A stretch of 56,080 nt of DNA from a virus (IMGVR_UViG_3300037483_001430:1-56080), one strand, 5' to 3'. Shown: positions 18,980 to 29,653, counted from the first letter of the stretch. Numbers and translations: made by a program. Notes: generated by a model from the sequence alone, not told the origin.

Positions 18980-20479
18980 CTAGCTCGCGAATCCGACCTT
19001 GAGAGTAGTCGCCGCGCGGTTCGCCCCGGCGAGAACGCGATACCGGACGTCGTCGTAGGGGTGATCCTCGGAGTCCGTGTCGACGTCGTCGGGGTCGTCG
19101 GGATCGCGTGGAAGGACGGGGAGCGTGCCGATCGCGGCTTGGCAGTGATTCATGAAGTAGAGACCCGGCCCCTCGCGCTTCTCGCTCGCCTCGAGCCTGT
19201 CCCGGGTGAGCTCCAGGCCGTTCTTTCGGGAGCCGTTGCTCTTGTCGGAGCGCGTCCATTCCACGCCCTGATCCGCCATCTTCTTCGCGATGGTGTCGAC
19301 GTCCTCTTCCCGGACGTCGAAGATCTGGTTGTCGGCCGGACCTGGGTAGACGCGCCGCGCGATGAAGCCGTCCGCCTTGAGCTTCTTCTCCCGCTCCACG
19401 ATCCCCTGCGCGATCGTCGTCGCCGACATGCGGAGGCCCTGGTTCGTGCCAACCCCGACCGTCCCGTACCATTCGTGAATACGAATGAGGGAGCCGGGCT
19501 GCGGGCAGAAGGTTCTCCCGTCGGGCAACGTGGCCTCCTCGCCGTTCGCCTCCGCCCACCAGCCGACGCTGAAGGGATGCGAGCTGCCCCAATCGAAGCT
19601 GCGATCGAGGTGCCAGGCCGCGGGCACCTTGAACCGAGGCAGGATCACGACGTCGGACTTCCAGAGGTCGTCGAGCGCGCCGCCGGCGGTGATGTCCCAG
19701 TCGCCGGAGAGCCAGGCGCGCTTGCGGTTCGGGTCCTTGATGTTCTCGAGCTCGGCCACGTATTCGGGCGAGAGGTAGCGGTTCTCCCGGTAGCTTCCGA
19801 AGATCCGCACCTGCGTCTTCACGATGTCCTCGCGCTTCTGCGTGCGCGGATTGAAGACGTTGGTGGTCGAGCGCAGCACCTCGCCCGCGCGCCCCGCGTC
19901 GACGAACTTCCGCTTGCACCAACCATGTCCAGGTCCGTGCGGGTTCGTCGTCGAGACCACCTCGAGCGGGATCTCGGGGAGCAAGGTCCCGTCCTCGAGC
20001 GGATGCTCCGACGGCAAGAACGAGCTGCGGTTGCAGCTCATCATGAGGTCGTACATCTCGGAGGTCGGGTACTTCGTGAGCTCGTTCCAGCCGATCCACG
20101 GGTACTCGTGCCCGTGATAGGCCGCGTACTCGGCGGCCTTCTTGATGCGCCTGAAGCGGAGCTCCTCGCCCGACGGCCAGCGCCAGAGCAGGTAAGAGCC
20201 CGATGAGACGAACTCGGCACCGTCCCCGAATTGCGGAAACCATCGCTGCGTCTTCGAGATGAGGTCGTCGAGAGCCTTGTACTCACGGTCGAAGATGATG
20301 CCGCGCCAGAACTTCCCGTAGCCGAGCCCCACGCGCATGCGGAAGCGCATGATCTGGGCGTCGGACTTCCCTGGGCCTCGGCTCCCCTCTAGCAGGATGT
20401 GATGCGCCCGGCAGGCCATCGCCAGGGTCTGCGAGCCGGGCAAGGGTCTCCAGACGACGGTCGGCTGGGCCTCGGGCAT
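18980..20479 (-). CDS. terL: Terminase large subunit
   Basis: Walker A GSRGPGKS, TTNP.GPGH.W, RNase H-like FDWGS and EDHPYD. Confidence 0.92.
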   Translation of the reverse strand: MPEAQPTVVWRPLPGSQTLAMACRAHHILLEGSRGPGKSDAQIMRFRMRVGLGYGKFWRGIIFDREYKALDDLISKTQRWFPQFGDGAEFVSSGSYLLWRWPSGEELRFRRIKKAAEYAAYHGHEYPWIGWNELTKYPTSEMYDLMMSCNRSSFLPSEHPLEDGTLLPEIPLEVVSTTNPHGPGHGWCKRKFVDAGRAGEVLRSTTNVFNPRTQKREDIVKTQVRIFGSYRENRYLSPEYVAELENIKDPNRKRAWLSGDWDITAGGALDDLWKSDVVILPRFKVPAAWHLDRSFDWGSSHPFSVGWWAEANGEEATLPDGRTFCPQPGSLIRIHEWYGTVGVGTNQGLRMSATTIAQGIVEREKKLKADGFIARRVYPGPADNQIFDVREEDVDTIAKKMADQGVEWTRSDKSNGSRKNGLELTRDRLEASEKREGPGLYFMNHCQAAIGTLPVLPRDPDDPDDVDTDSEDHPYDDVRYRVLAGANRAATTLKVGFAS

Positions 20480-21073
20480 CTACGCGCCTCTCACTTCGGC
20501 CTTCAGCTTCGCCTGCGCCGCCATCGCTTCCTTCTCCCAGTCGTCGATCGAGCCCGAGACCGGGATGAGCATGACGCCCGACCCGGCCAGCTGCGCGTCG
20601 ATGCGCGTCGGCGCGTCGAGACCGAGCAGCTTCGCCCGCCGCTCCTGGCAGTCGAGGAGGACCTGGAGGAAGCGCGGGTCACCGTTCAGGTCCTCGGTGC
20701 GGACGCTCGCCTTCGAGCCGCCCCCGCCCCTCCCGCCGTCCCGGCGCTCCGTGAAGGTCTGCTGCTTCTTTCCGATGCCCCGGTGCCACGCCGCCCATGC
20801 CTGGCGCTCCATCTCGTCGAGGCGCTCGAGCTCGCGGGCCTGATGCTCCCCGACGTCCCGCTTGGCGTCCGCCTGCCAGCGCGCTGCGAGCTCTTGCAGG
20901 TCCTCGCAGATGACCTTGATGGACCACGGCTTCTTCGTCGACGGGTTCAGGACGCCGTCCCCCGCGAGCGCGGCCGCCGTCTGGCGGATGGAGAAGCCCC
21001 GGACCTTGTAGGACGCCACGCGTGCGCGGCGGGCATCGACCGCGGCGGAGAGCCGCCGGCTGTTACCGCCCAT
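20480..21073 (-). CDS. Putative terminase small subunit
   Basis: N-terminal HTH and RAKLLGLDAP. Abuts terL. Confidence 0.7.
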   Translation of the reverse strand: MGGNSRRLSAAVDARRARVASYKVRGFSIRQTAAALAGDGVLNPSTKKPWSIKVICEDLQELAARWQADAKRDVGEHQARELERLDEMERQAWAAWHRGIGKKQQTFTERRDGGRGGGGSKASVRTEDLNGDPRFLQVLLDCQERRAKLLGLDAPTRIDAQLAGSGVMLIPVSGSIDDWEKEAMAAQAKLKAEVRGA

Positions 21074-21110
21074 GGGTGTTACCGCTCACGGAGCCTCTTC
21101 CACGGCCCCG

Positions 21111-21143
21111 ACGGTAGCGCGGCCGCGCTCCGGCCCGGCGAAA
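21111..21143 (-). promoter_or_regulatory. Long-spacer promoter motif upstream of the terminase operon
   Basis: TTTCGC-N21-TACCGT. Confidence 0.55.
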
Positions 21144-21293
21144 AACGCAGCGCTGACGGCAGGTTGGGCGACGCCCTCGGCGTGAGATTGCAGAGCGCCC
21201 GCGCCTGGTAACAGTCGGCAGCGAGGTGTTACCCGCCGAGCTCGTCGCGACCATTCGGCCACCAGGCGAGGGAAGCGTCGGATCTTCCTTGGG

Positions 21294-21869
21294 TTACAGC
21301 GTCTCCCGGTCGGGGGGAATGCCGCCCATCGAGATCGCCAGCTTGCGCAGCGCCTGCGCCTCGATCTGCTTCACGCGCGCGCGCGTCGAGCCCAGGATCT
21401 CCGCTACCCGGTCCACCGTCACGCCCTCCTGCTCGGCCACGTCGAGCGCACATGAGGCCGTCGGCCCGCAACCTGTGCCGCTGGCGTTCAGAACGAGCGC
21501 GCCCGAGCCGCACACGTCGAGGAAGAGGTTGAAGCGGCACGAGACGAACGGGCAGGGCCGCGGGACGAAGGCGCATTCGGCGCGCGTGCGCGGCCGCGCC
21601 ATGGCTCCGGCCGCGGGCTCGTCCTTGCGATGCAGGGAGACCTCACGCGCGAGCTCGGAAGGTAGGACGCGATCTGGGCCCTGGCGTCGCGCCTCGATGG
21701 CGCGCCCCGGGACGCGCGGTCGTTTCCGGGCGCGCTTCCCGCTCGCGAGCGCGGCCTTTCTGGCGCGGTGTTCGATTCGCTCCGCCAAGCGCCGGAGCTT
21801 CTTTGTCGTCTGTCGCGTCGAGGGGAGCTGCTTCGGAGAAAGGCCTGGCGACCGCGGAACGGTGCTCAA
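21294..21869 (-). CDS. Cys-rich protein with sigma-70 region 4 HTH (candidate late activator)
   Basis: PRPCPFVSCRFNLFLDV...SCALDVA...TRARVKQIEAQALRKL. AGGAGG before the TTG start. Confidence 0.75.
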   Translation of the reverse strand: MSTVPRSPGLSPKQLPSTRQTTKKLRRLAERIEHRARKAALASGKRARKRPRVPGRAIEARRQGPDRVLPSELAREVSLHRKDEPAAGAMARPRTRAECAFVPRPCPFVSCRFNLFLDVCGSGALVLNASGTGCGPTASCALDVAEQEGVTVDRVAEILGSTRARVKQIEAQALRKLAISMGGIPPDRETL

Positions 21870-22087
21870 TCGCGCCTCCTAATGCCCCTCGCCCCCGGCA
21901 GCATCCCTCGCCGGAGACCTGCACTGCACGTCACTTCGCTTCGCGCGCCGAGCTCCATGACCGCGAGTGCGGCACGCTACCACGAGTGAACTAGCCAAGG
22001 CTCCGGTGACAAGGTGTGCTGATGTGCGTGACGCGCTGTGGCGTCCGGGAGCGGCGCACTGTGGATAATCCGACGAATCGCAAGTGG

Positions 22088-23071
22088 CTACAGCTTCACG
22101 AGGTCGGTGAGTCGCGCCGCGGCGGAGCTCCCGCGCCGGCGGCGATTGTCGTCGTAGTGAGCGAGCGTGCTCGGGTCGCGGTGCCTCGTGAACGCGGCCA
22201 CCTCCTGCCACGGCAGCCCGGCGTCGAGCAGGGCCGTCGCCGCGGTGTGTCGCAGCCCGTGAGGTCGGCAGCGCGCCTGCACGGCGGCCGCAATGCCCCA
22301 GCGGTTGACGAGCGTCGCGACACCGCCTCCGGTGAGCCGCCCGCTTACGCGCGCCCCGCGCCACCCGACGAAGAGCGGCCCCACTGCCGGTCCGGGACGC
22401 AAGACCAGCCACCCGCGCATCGCCTCGAGCACGGGTGGGGCGAGCGCGACCCATTCCCGTTCAAGCCGGCCCTTGCCGAGCACATGCGCGCGACTCGCGG
22501 CGACGTCGAGATGGGCGACGTCCAGGGACACAACCTCGCCGCGGCGCAGGCCCTGGCCGTACAAGAGGGCGAGGAGAGCCCGATCGCGCGCGGCGCGCGG
22601 TCCCTTGCGCTTCTTGAGGGCGGCCGCGATCGCCTGCACGGCGGCGATGCCTGGCCCTTCGGTCTCTCGGTACTTCTCGACCCGGACCGAGGGCGTGTCG
22701 AGCGTCCACGTCACCATCGCAAGCATGCGCGCGAGGCGCACCGCTGCGCGCAGATTTGAGAGGCGCAACGCGACCGTGCCGGGGGCACAGCGCGTGAGGA
22801 GGTCCGCGCGGTAGTCGAGGGCGATGAGATTGGCGGGACCGTGCCCTGCGCGCAGGAGCTCCTGCAGGGCGCCCTCGGGCCCGAGCTCGCGGCCGAAGCG
22901 GCGGGTGAGGTAGCCCGCCAGGTCGCCTGCGGTCTGGGCGTAGGCCCGGCGCGTGTTCTTGTTCCGGCCGGACATCCAGGCGTCGAAGAGGCGGCGCGTC
23001 CCGTCCTCGTCGAGGAGGAGGGGCGCGACGAGCGCGCCCGGCGGCCGTGAGACGACGATGTCCGTGCCCAT
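22088..23071 (-). CDS. Tyrosine recombinase (Xer-like, no arm-binding domain)
   Basis: GLRRGE, GKG, HGLRH, RH, HY catalytic residues. Confidence 0.9.
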   Translation of the reverse strand: MGTDIVVSRPPGALVAPLLLDEDGTRRLFDAWMSGRNKNTRRAYAQTAGDLAGYLTRRFGRELGPEGALQELLRAGHGPANLIALDYRADLLTRCAPGTVALRLSNLRAAVRLARMLAMVTWTLDTPSVRVEKYRETEGPGIAAVQAIAAALKKRKGPRAARDRALLALLYGQGLRRGEVVSLDVAHLDVAASRAHVLGKGRLEREWVALAPPVLEAMRGWLVLRPGPAVGPLFVGWRGARVSGRLTGGGVATLVNRWGIAAAVQARCRPHGLRHTAATALLDAGLPWQEVAAFTRHRDPSTLAHYDDNRRRRGSSAAARLTDLVKL

Positions 23072-23077
23072 GGACGC

Positions 23078-23110
23078 ATCGTGCGCCACGCGGGAGGGCG
23101 ACGGACGAAA
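23078..23110 (-). promoter_or_regulatory. Long-spacer promoter motif, leaderless (recombinase)
   Basis: TTTCGT-N21-CACGAT-N6-ATG. Confidence 0.5.
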
Positions 23111-23140
23111 GCGCCAATGGGTGCGGGGAACGTCGTTACA

Positions 23141-23683
23141 TCACAGGGCTGGCTGCTTCGCGGTGTCGGCGGCTTCCGGGCGGAGCGAGGCAGGGTGAGC
23201 TGCGGCATCCCATTGCGCGTACCTCGTCGTGTGCGAGCTCGGCACGCCGCACCCGATGCCGATGATCTGTGAATCCATGTCGCTGCCGATGTACCAACCA
23301 CCCAAGGGATCCTCGGAGAAGATCCGCAAGGTCGCGATCTGCCCGCCCCGATCGAAGCTCGCAGCAAACGGCCGGGTGCCGACGTAGCCTCCGTAGGAAT
23401 TCCTCGCATTCACGGTGCCGCAGGCGAGGGCGCCCACCCTCGAAGCGGAGAACGTCACCCGACGCGATTCGGGATCCTTGAGCATGCCAGCCAGGAATCT
23501 GTCCACCTTGTCGGCGTAGTCGTCGGGCAGGCGGAGACGCGTACCATTCGCAAGCGTCGCGTGCACGAACTCGAAATCGGCCTCCTCTCGCTGCAGAAGG
23601 CGGGCGCGGAGCTGCCCCTCCGTGGCGCAGCCCATCGAGATCGCGCAGAGACCCACCGAGATCGCCAGCCCATGCTTGGTCAT
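23141..23683 (-). CDS. Lipoprotein (moron-like)
   Basis: Signal peptide ending SMG-C. LKDPES...CGTVNARNSYGGYVG motif. Confidence 0.7.
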   Translation of the reverse strand: MTKHGLAISVGLCAISMGCATEGQLRARLLQREEADFEFVHATLANGTRLRLPDDYADKVDRFLAGMLKDPESRRVTFSASRVGALACGTVNARNSYGGYVGTRPFAASFDRGGQIATLRIFSEDPLGGWYIGSDMDSQIIGIGCGVPSSHTTRYAQWDAAAHPASLRPEAADTAKQPAL

Positions 23684-23797
23684 TGTCCGCACCTCTCTGA
23701 TGGACTGTACACCACACCGCGCGTGCGCGGATCTCTCCGCCCACGAACGCGGGACACGCGCGAGCGATTGACGCGCTACAGCGGGGCGCAACCTCTT

Positions 23798-24079
23798 TCA
23801 GAGCTTGGCGTTGACGTACTTGGCCAGGATCATCTTGGCGGCCGTCTGATACCCCACGCCCAGCTGCTCGCCACGCCGGCGGAGCTGCTCCTTCAGCCCG
23901 TCGCTGAGCAGGATTGTCGTTGGCCGCTGGGGACGGACGAGGACGCCGGTCCCGGCCGCCTTGATGTCGGCGCCGAGGTCGCGCTGCTCGAACTCCTGCA
24001 GGACCGGATCGTTCGTGCTGTCAGCGTTCTTCATCGTCCTTTTCGTGCCCTTCTTGCTACCCGTCGTGCGTCGCTGCAT
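23798..24079 (-). CDS. BrnA/CopG-like antitoxin
   Basis: C-terminal RHH (TTILLS...LGVGYQT). Overlaps the toxin's end. Confidence 0.75.
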   Translation of the reverse strand: MQRRTTGSKKGTKRTMKNADSTNDPVLQEFEQRDLGADIKAAGTGVLVRPQRPTTILLSDGLKEQLRRRGEQLGVGYQTAAKMILAKYVNAKL

Positions 24080-24389
24080 CGTATGCCTCCTTCTCATTCG
24101 TCCGCATAGCCCGGCAACTGATCGGCCGAAGCTGGTCGCCGCGCCGGGTGAAGATGAGGGCTGCGCGCCGCCCATCCATCGTGACGCCCAGAAGCAGCCA
24201 GCGCGGTTCATCGTGCGCGCGCCTGACGATCCGGCCCGCCAGGAAGACCGCCTGGCGGAACATCGACTCAACACCCATGACCGAGAACCCGTGCTTGTCG
24301 GAGCTCTTGGCGTCATTACCCGCATCCCATTGCAGCGCCGGCCCGTTCCCGACCCACTCTGCCATCTCAGGGTCGGCGGCGAGATTCAT
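24057..24389 (-). CDS. brnT: BrnT family toxin
   Basis: QWDAGN..K..KHG...EPRW.LLG...IFTRRG..LRPISCR. Confidence 0.85.
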   Translation of the reverse strand: MNLAADPEMAEWVGNGPALQWDAGNDAKSSDKHGFSVMGVESMFRQAVFLAGRIVRRAHDEPRWLLLGVTMDGRRAALIFTRRGDQLRPISCRAMRTNEKEAYDAATHDG

Positions 24390-24418
24390 GATGCGAGTAT
24401 ATGCATGTTATACGCATC
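24390..24418. promoter_or_regulatory. Imperfect palindrome, putative TA promoter/operator
   Basis: GATGCG(AG)TATA...TATACGCATC, AT-rich, abutting the brnT start. Confidence 0.5.
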
Positions 24419-24420
24419 CG

Positions 24421-24777
24421 TCAAGCACGAACCCTGCGCGCTCGCTCCGCCTCACGCCGCGTCTTCAGCTGCGCCAGCTTGCGCTGCGCTCGAACGAGAT
24501 CGCGAGCGCGATCGGTGACGACGTCGTCCTGCGCGCAGACCGCACAGAGCGGCGCGCCCCAGCTCGCGGGCCGAGTCGTGCCCTTGAACGTCCAGGCGCA
24601 GCGGCCGCAGATTTGCTCGACACGTGCACGCACCTCGCTCGCGAACAGATCGCCCGGCTCGAACTGGCGCGCCTTGGCGACTCTTTCGCGAGCCGCGTCG
24701 GCGGACTCGGCGGCGACGGTCGCCACGTGCCGTTTCACGCCGTCCTGGTACTGATGGATGCGATAGCGAGCTTTCAC
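24421..24777 (-). CDS. Hypothetical Zn-finger protein
   Basis: CGRC...CAVC. GTGA coupling. Confidence 0.55.
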   Translation of the reverse strand: MKARYRIHQYQDGVKRHVATVAAESADAARERVAKARQFEPGDLFASEVRARVEQICGRCAWTFKGTTRPASWGAPLCAVCAQDDVVTDRARDLVRAQRKLAQLKTRREAERARRVRA

Positions 24778-24992
24778 GGCTGCTGTTCCTCGCGCTTGAG
24801 CCCGCACATGTCGTAGAATTTCGCCCGGGGGAGCTCGCGGTCGACGTCGACCACGCCGCCCAGGCAGCGACAGATCATCGCCCAGTGCTCGCGTTGATTG
24901 ACGAGCCTGGTGCGCGCGGAACGGATGTCGAAGGGCTGCGGTTCGCGCGGGGCGAGTTGGCGCAGCATGTCGGCGAGAGAACGTGCAGTCAT
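24774..24992 (-). CDS. Hypothetical protein
   Basis: 72 aa, coupled to the next gene. Confidence 0.5.
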   Translation of the reverse strand: MTARSLADMLRQLAPREPQPFDIRSARTRLVNQREHWAMICRCLGGVVDVDRELPRAKFYDMCGLKREEQQP

Positions 24993-25307
24993 GATGTGTC
25001 CCCCTACTTTCGGAAGCGGTAGGTCTTCATGGCGTTATCCAACGGTGTTCGCTGGGTTGAGCGAGCAGCTCTCGGAGTGCGCGGAGTCGAGGTGTCCATC
25101 GGGCCCTTGCCCGCACTCGTCGCACACATCCTCGGCTTCGTCACAGCACGGGTTAGCGGCGCGACGCAACACGGATGAACTCCGCCTGATGCTCACCGTC
25201 GGCGCGCGCGAATTGCGCCCACAGCGCTCGCGCCTCCTCACTCTTCTCCGGGTGCGCTCCAACGTCGCCGTCGCTGTAGTGAAACTCGATCACGAGATCG
25301 TCCATGG

Positions 25308-25799
25308 TCAACCCTCCTTGTTGAATCGGTCGTTGATGATGACGGCGCCCGGGTACTTGCCCAGGATGAACGCGCGGGCCTTGTCGGAGAGGGCGCACTT
25401 CAGGGCGCGGAACTCGCCCTCCGGATCGCCCGGCACCGTGAAGCACGCCTTCTTCGCGCACAGGCGCTTCAGGCGCTGCTCGTTCTTGATCTCGTCGGCG
25501 AGGTGCCCGATGAAGCACGCGACGTCCCAGGGCATCGGCTCGGCGCCTTCCCACCCGGGCTTCATCGGCGACAGCGTGGCGAGGTGCGCCTTGAGCGCGG
25601 CCTCGGCCGCCGTCGCTCCCGTGCCCGTCCCGACAAAGTCGACGCGCATCTCGCCCCCGTGTCCGCGGTCCTCGTAGGTGGCGATGACCACGCCTTCGGC
25701 GCACAGCTTGCCCGTCATCGCGAACCCGTCAGACGTCCGCAGATCCTTGTGGCTCTTCAGCGTGTAGATCGTCATGTTCGCCTCGTTCGTCGTTTTCAT
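25308..25799 (-). CDS. Hypothetical protein (cassette gene, leaderless)
   Basis: Starts MKTTNEA 6 nt after the -10 box. Contains EDRGHGG. Confidence 0.7.
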   Translation of the reverse strand: MKTTNEANMTIYTLKSHKDLRTSDGFAMTGKLCAEGVVIATYEDRGHGGEMRVDFVGTGTGATAAEAALKAHLATLSPMKPGWEGAEPMPWDVACFIGHLADEIKNEQRLKRLCAKKACFTVPGDPEGEFRALKCALSDKARAFILGKYPGAVIINDRFNKEG

Positions 25800-25805
25800 G
25801 TTCCT

Positions 25806-25834
25806 AGTATGCGACAAGTACGGTTGCGTGTCAA
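25806..25834 (-). promoter_or_regulatory. Sigma-70 promoter with GCAACCGTAC box (diverged cassette copy)
   Basis: TTGACA-N17-CATACT-N6-ATG. Confidence 0.85.
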
Positions 25835-25902
25835 GGAGCGGTGAACCTCGCGAATGCCCAAGGGTTTCCAGATCCGTGCGCGCGCACCGCGGCCCGTATC
25901 CG

Positions 25903-26133
25903 CTACAGCGCGCGGTATTGCCGCGGCAGGGTCGCGCGCGTGACGTATTCGAGGGCGTTCTGAATGAGCTTCGCGAACTCCTGATCGGTGTTGCGTCTGA
26001 ACCCCGCGGCCTCGTCGGTACAAGCACAGCAGACCTTCGTTCCTGTGCGCTTGTAGTCCACGAACGCGCTGGCGCAGCATTCACAGGTCGTCATGTTGTG
26101 TCTCTCATGTTCCTCGTACAGGATGCGCTTCAT
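25903..26133 (-). CDS. Hypothetical Zn-binding protein
   Basis: MKRILY start shared with the VWA gene. CECC...CCAC. Confidence 0.6.
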   Translation of the reverse strand: MKRILYEEHERHNMTTCECCASAFVDYKRTGTKVCCACTDEAAGFRRNTDQEFAKLIQNALEYVTRATLPRQYRAL

Positions 26134-26150
26134 GGGGTGTCCCTTTCACG

Positions 26151-26327
26151 TCACTTCGTGAGGGAGCACAGCGCGCGCATGATCTCGCCCTGCGCGTCGC
26201 TCATCTTGGACGCAGCGAACCCTGCGCCGATGTCGTAGGCGTCGGAGTGCAGGTCATTGAGCATCCCGTGGACCTTGCCCAGCATCGCCATCAACTCGAA
26301 TCGCTTCGTCTCGTTCGTCGTTTTCAT
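26151..26327 (-). CDS. Hypothetical protein (cassette gene, leaderless)
   Basis: MKTTNET start 6 nt after the -10 box. Confidence 0.65.
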   Translation of the reverse strand: MKTTNETKRFELMAMLGKVHGMLNDLHSDAYDIGAGFAASKMSDAQGEIMRALCSLTK

Positions 26328-26449
26328 GATGCTAGTATGCGACAGGTACGGTTGCATGTCAAGGACGGTGAACCTCGCGTCGGGACACGCGATTTCGAGG
26401 AGTCGCAGCCTCGTCGCGGCCCGTATGCGCTACAGCGCGCGGTATTGGC
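26323..26449 (-). repeat. 127-bp promoter-cassette direct repeat, copy A
   Basis: Identical to 28121..28247. Contains TTGACA-N17-CATACT (26334..26362). Confidence 0.95.
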
Positions 26450-26518
26450 GGGGGGCGGCGCGACGCACACGCGCGCGCCCGGTGCGCGTGCGCGTGCGCT
26501 ACCGGTGGCGCGTGCACG

Positions 26519-27844
26519 TCACGCTGACGCGCCGAAGAGTGCCGCGGCAGCGCCATCCTCGATGGTGGAGAGATTCACGATCTCGTGACTCTCGTCCGAC
26601 CAGGGTTGCACCCAGTCCCGCGTCATCTGGATCGCGATCCCGACGATGCTCGTCTTGAGCGCCTTCGCTCGCTCGCGGATGGCGGGTGCCGGGTCAGGCT
26701 CGCTCCCGCCGTCGGTGACGAGCACCACGTCGGCCTTCCCGAGCGCCGTGCCGCGGTGCTGTTCGATGACGTCCAGGGCGCGCGTCAGCGCGCGGGCGAT
26801 GTCGGTGCCGCCACCGCACCCGACCATGAGGGCGTCGCGCGGGAGTTGCTCCGACGGCTTCACGACGGCCTCGAAGGTGACGTGGTAGTCGAAGCAGAGG
26901 ACCGCGAAGGGCCGCTTCTCGACCTGCGCCTGTTCGAGCAGGGCCAGGACGACCGCGGTGGCCCAGACGTCGCGCTCGCCGTCCATCGATCCCGACTTGT
27001 CGAGCGCGACGACCAGGGGCCCCTTGCCCTTGGGCTCGGTGCCGGTGAGCTGGTACTGCAGGGCCTGCCGTTCCATGAGATCGCGGATGAACGCCAGCCG
27101 CCTCGCCGGGTGCGTGAGCTTCGCGATCTCGGACGGCAGCAGACGCGCGATGTCGGCGCCCATCTCGATGTCCGCGATCTCGTCGGCGCCGTGCTTCACG
27201 CGCTCGCGCCGCTTGTTCGCGGCGATGCGCCGGAAGCGGCCGGCGAGCTCGAGGATCTTCTTCAGGCGCTGGTCGTTCTTGAGCCCGGCCACGACGCGGC
27301 GCACCTGGGCGGCGTTGAGCGCGACGGAGCCCGTCCCCGAGCCCGTGCCCGGCGCGAAGCCCACCGCCACGCCCTCGAGCGCGCGCATGGCGTCGCGCGT
27401 CTCATCGATCGCGGCGGAGGCCTTCTCGAGAGCCGGAATGAGCGCGCGGCGGAGCTGGTCGACAGCGCTCGGCGCCCCCGGCTTCTGCGGCTGCGGGCTG
27501 GCGTTCGGCTCTGTCTCAGACTCCTCCTGGGGGTTCACGGCGGCCGCGATCTTCTCGAGGGCGATGGACGAGGCGACCGCGTCGCCGCGACACTCGGCGG
27601 CGAGCCGCTCGAAGGCGGGCATCTGCGAGGCGGCCTCGTGGAACCCCTTGGCCCAGGCGGCGAGCCGCGCGTCCTGCCGCTTCGCCGGGAGCTCGTCGAC
27701 CTCGCCCCCCGAGTAGAGCCGGTCGAAGAGCTCGTCCTCGAACTTCGCGACCGGCCGGTCAGAGTCGCTGGCGCGCGGGAGCTCGCGCGCCTCGCGGTGC
27801 AGGTAGGTGTGCCATTTCGGGACGTCGTAGAGAATCCGCTTCAT
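26519..27844 (-). CDS. VWA-domain protein (ViaA/CoxE-like)
   Basis: MIDAS DKSGSM, GGGTD, VLVTDG. RLLPSE motif. Confidence 0.9.
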   Translation of the reverse strand: MKRILYDVPKWHTYLHREARELPRASDSDRPVAKFEDELFDRLYSGGEVDELPAKRQDARLAAWAKGFHEAASQMPAFERLAAECRGDAVASSIALEKIAAAVNPQEESETEPNASPQPQKPGAPSAVDQLRRALIPALEKASAAIDETRDAMRALEGVAVGFAPGTGSGTGSVALNAAQVRRVVAGLKNDQRLKKILELAGRFRRIAANKRRERVKHGADEIADIEMGADIARLLPSEIAKLTHPARRLAFIRDLMERQALQYQLTGTEPKGKGPLVVALDKSGSMDGERDVWATAVVLALLEQAQVEKRPFAVLCFDYHVTFEAVVKPSEQLPRDALMVGCGGGTDIARALTRALDVIEQHRGTALGKADVVLVTDGGSEPDPAPAIRERAKALKTSIVGIAIQMTRDWVQPWSDESHEIVNLSTIEDGAAAALFGASA

Positions 27845-27858
27845 GATTCGCCTCGGAG

Positions 27859-28125
27859 CTACGGACAAACGTTGACGAGGACGTACGCGGGCGCCGCGCC
27901 GGCCGCGGCGATGAGCGCCAGCACGTGCGCACGCGCGACCTTCTTCGCGTCGGCGTATGTGCTCGCCGGCGCGAACCACACCGGCATCGAGCCCGGGATC
28001 TCGAAAGCCCACGACCCGTAGCCTCGCGGCTCTTTCCCGTGGCTGAAGCTGAACTCGGTCGTCGAGAACTCGATCTTGGTCGTCATGTTCGTTCCCTCGC
28101 TCATCGTCGTGCTCGTCGTGTTCAT
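27859..28125 (-). CDS. Hypothetical protein (cassette gene, leaderless)
   Basis: Contains FSHGKEPRGYGSWAF. ATG 6 nt after the -10 box. Confidence 0.7.
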   Translation of the reverse strand: MNTTSTTMSEGTNMTTKIEFSTTEFSFSHGKEPRGYGSWAFEIPGSMPVWFAPASTYADAKKVARAHVLALIAAAGAAPAYVLVNVCP

Positions 28126-28247
28126 GATGCTAGTATGCGACAGGTACGGTTGCATGTCAAGGACGGTGAACCTCGCGTCGGGACACGCGATTTCGAGGAG
28201 TCGCAGCCTCGTCGCGGCCCGTATGCGCTACAGCGCGCGGTATTGGC
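28121..28247 (-). repeat. 127-bp promoter-cassette direct repeat, copy B
   Basis: Identical to 26323..26449. Promoter at 28132..28160. Confidence 0.95.
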
Positions 28248-28289
28248 AGGGGGCGGCGCGTGCACGCGCGCGCCCCCCGCGCGTGCACG

Positions 28290-29510
<1,221 letters not shown>

Positions 29511-29516
29511 GGTTGG

Positions 29517-29546
29517 ACTATGCGCCGTGTACGGTTGCATTGTCAA
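29517..29546 (-). promoter_or_regulatory. Sigma-70 promoter with GCAACCGTAC box, leaderless (AAA gene)
   Basis: TTGACA-N18-CATAGT-N6-ATG. Confidence 0.8.
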
Positions 29547-29623
29547 GGGTATCGGCGCGCGCCGAACGAGGTGCACCAGGCGCACCCACTCCATCCATGT
29601 CGCACGGTTCAATACAACCGTAC

Positions 29624-29653
29624 TTGACGCGGCAACCGTACGTGGCGCATACT
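29624..29653 (+). promoter_or_regulatory. Divergent sigma-70 promoter with GCAACCGTAC box
   Basis: TTGACG-N18-CATACT. An extra CAACCGTAC lies at 29615..29623. Confidence 0.8.

Noticed and set aside
13977-20206. Long plus-strand ORFs (13977..16481, 18074..20206, also 3322..4902, 10595..12205, 35066..36565, and minus-strand 41263..43506)
   Set aside because: These are antisense shadows of real genes, expected at this GC content, and have no recognisable motifs.
25795-28247. CRISPR array or classical integron attC sites
   Set aside because: The repeats are promoter-bearing, 127 bp long and separated by whole genes. No RYYYAAC/GTTRRRY ends were seen, and the recombinase lacks an evident IntI insertion.
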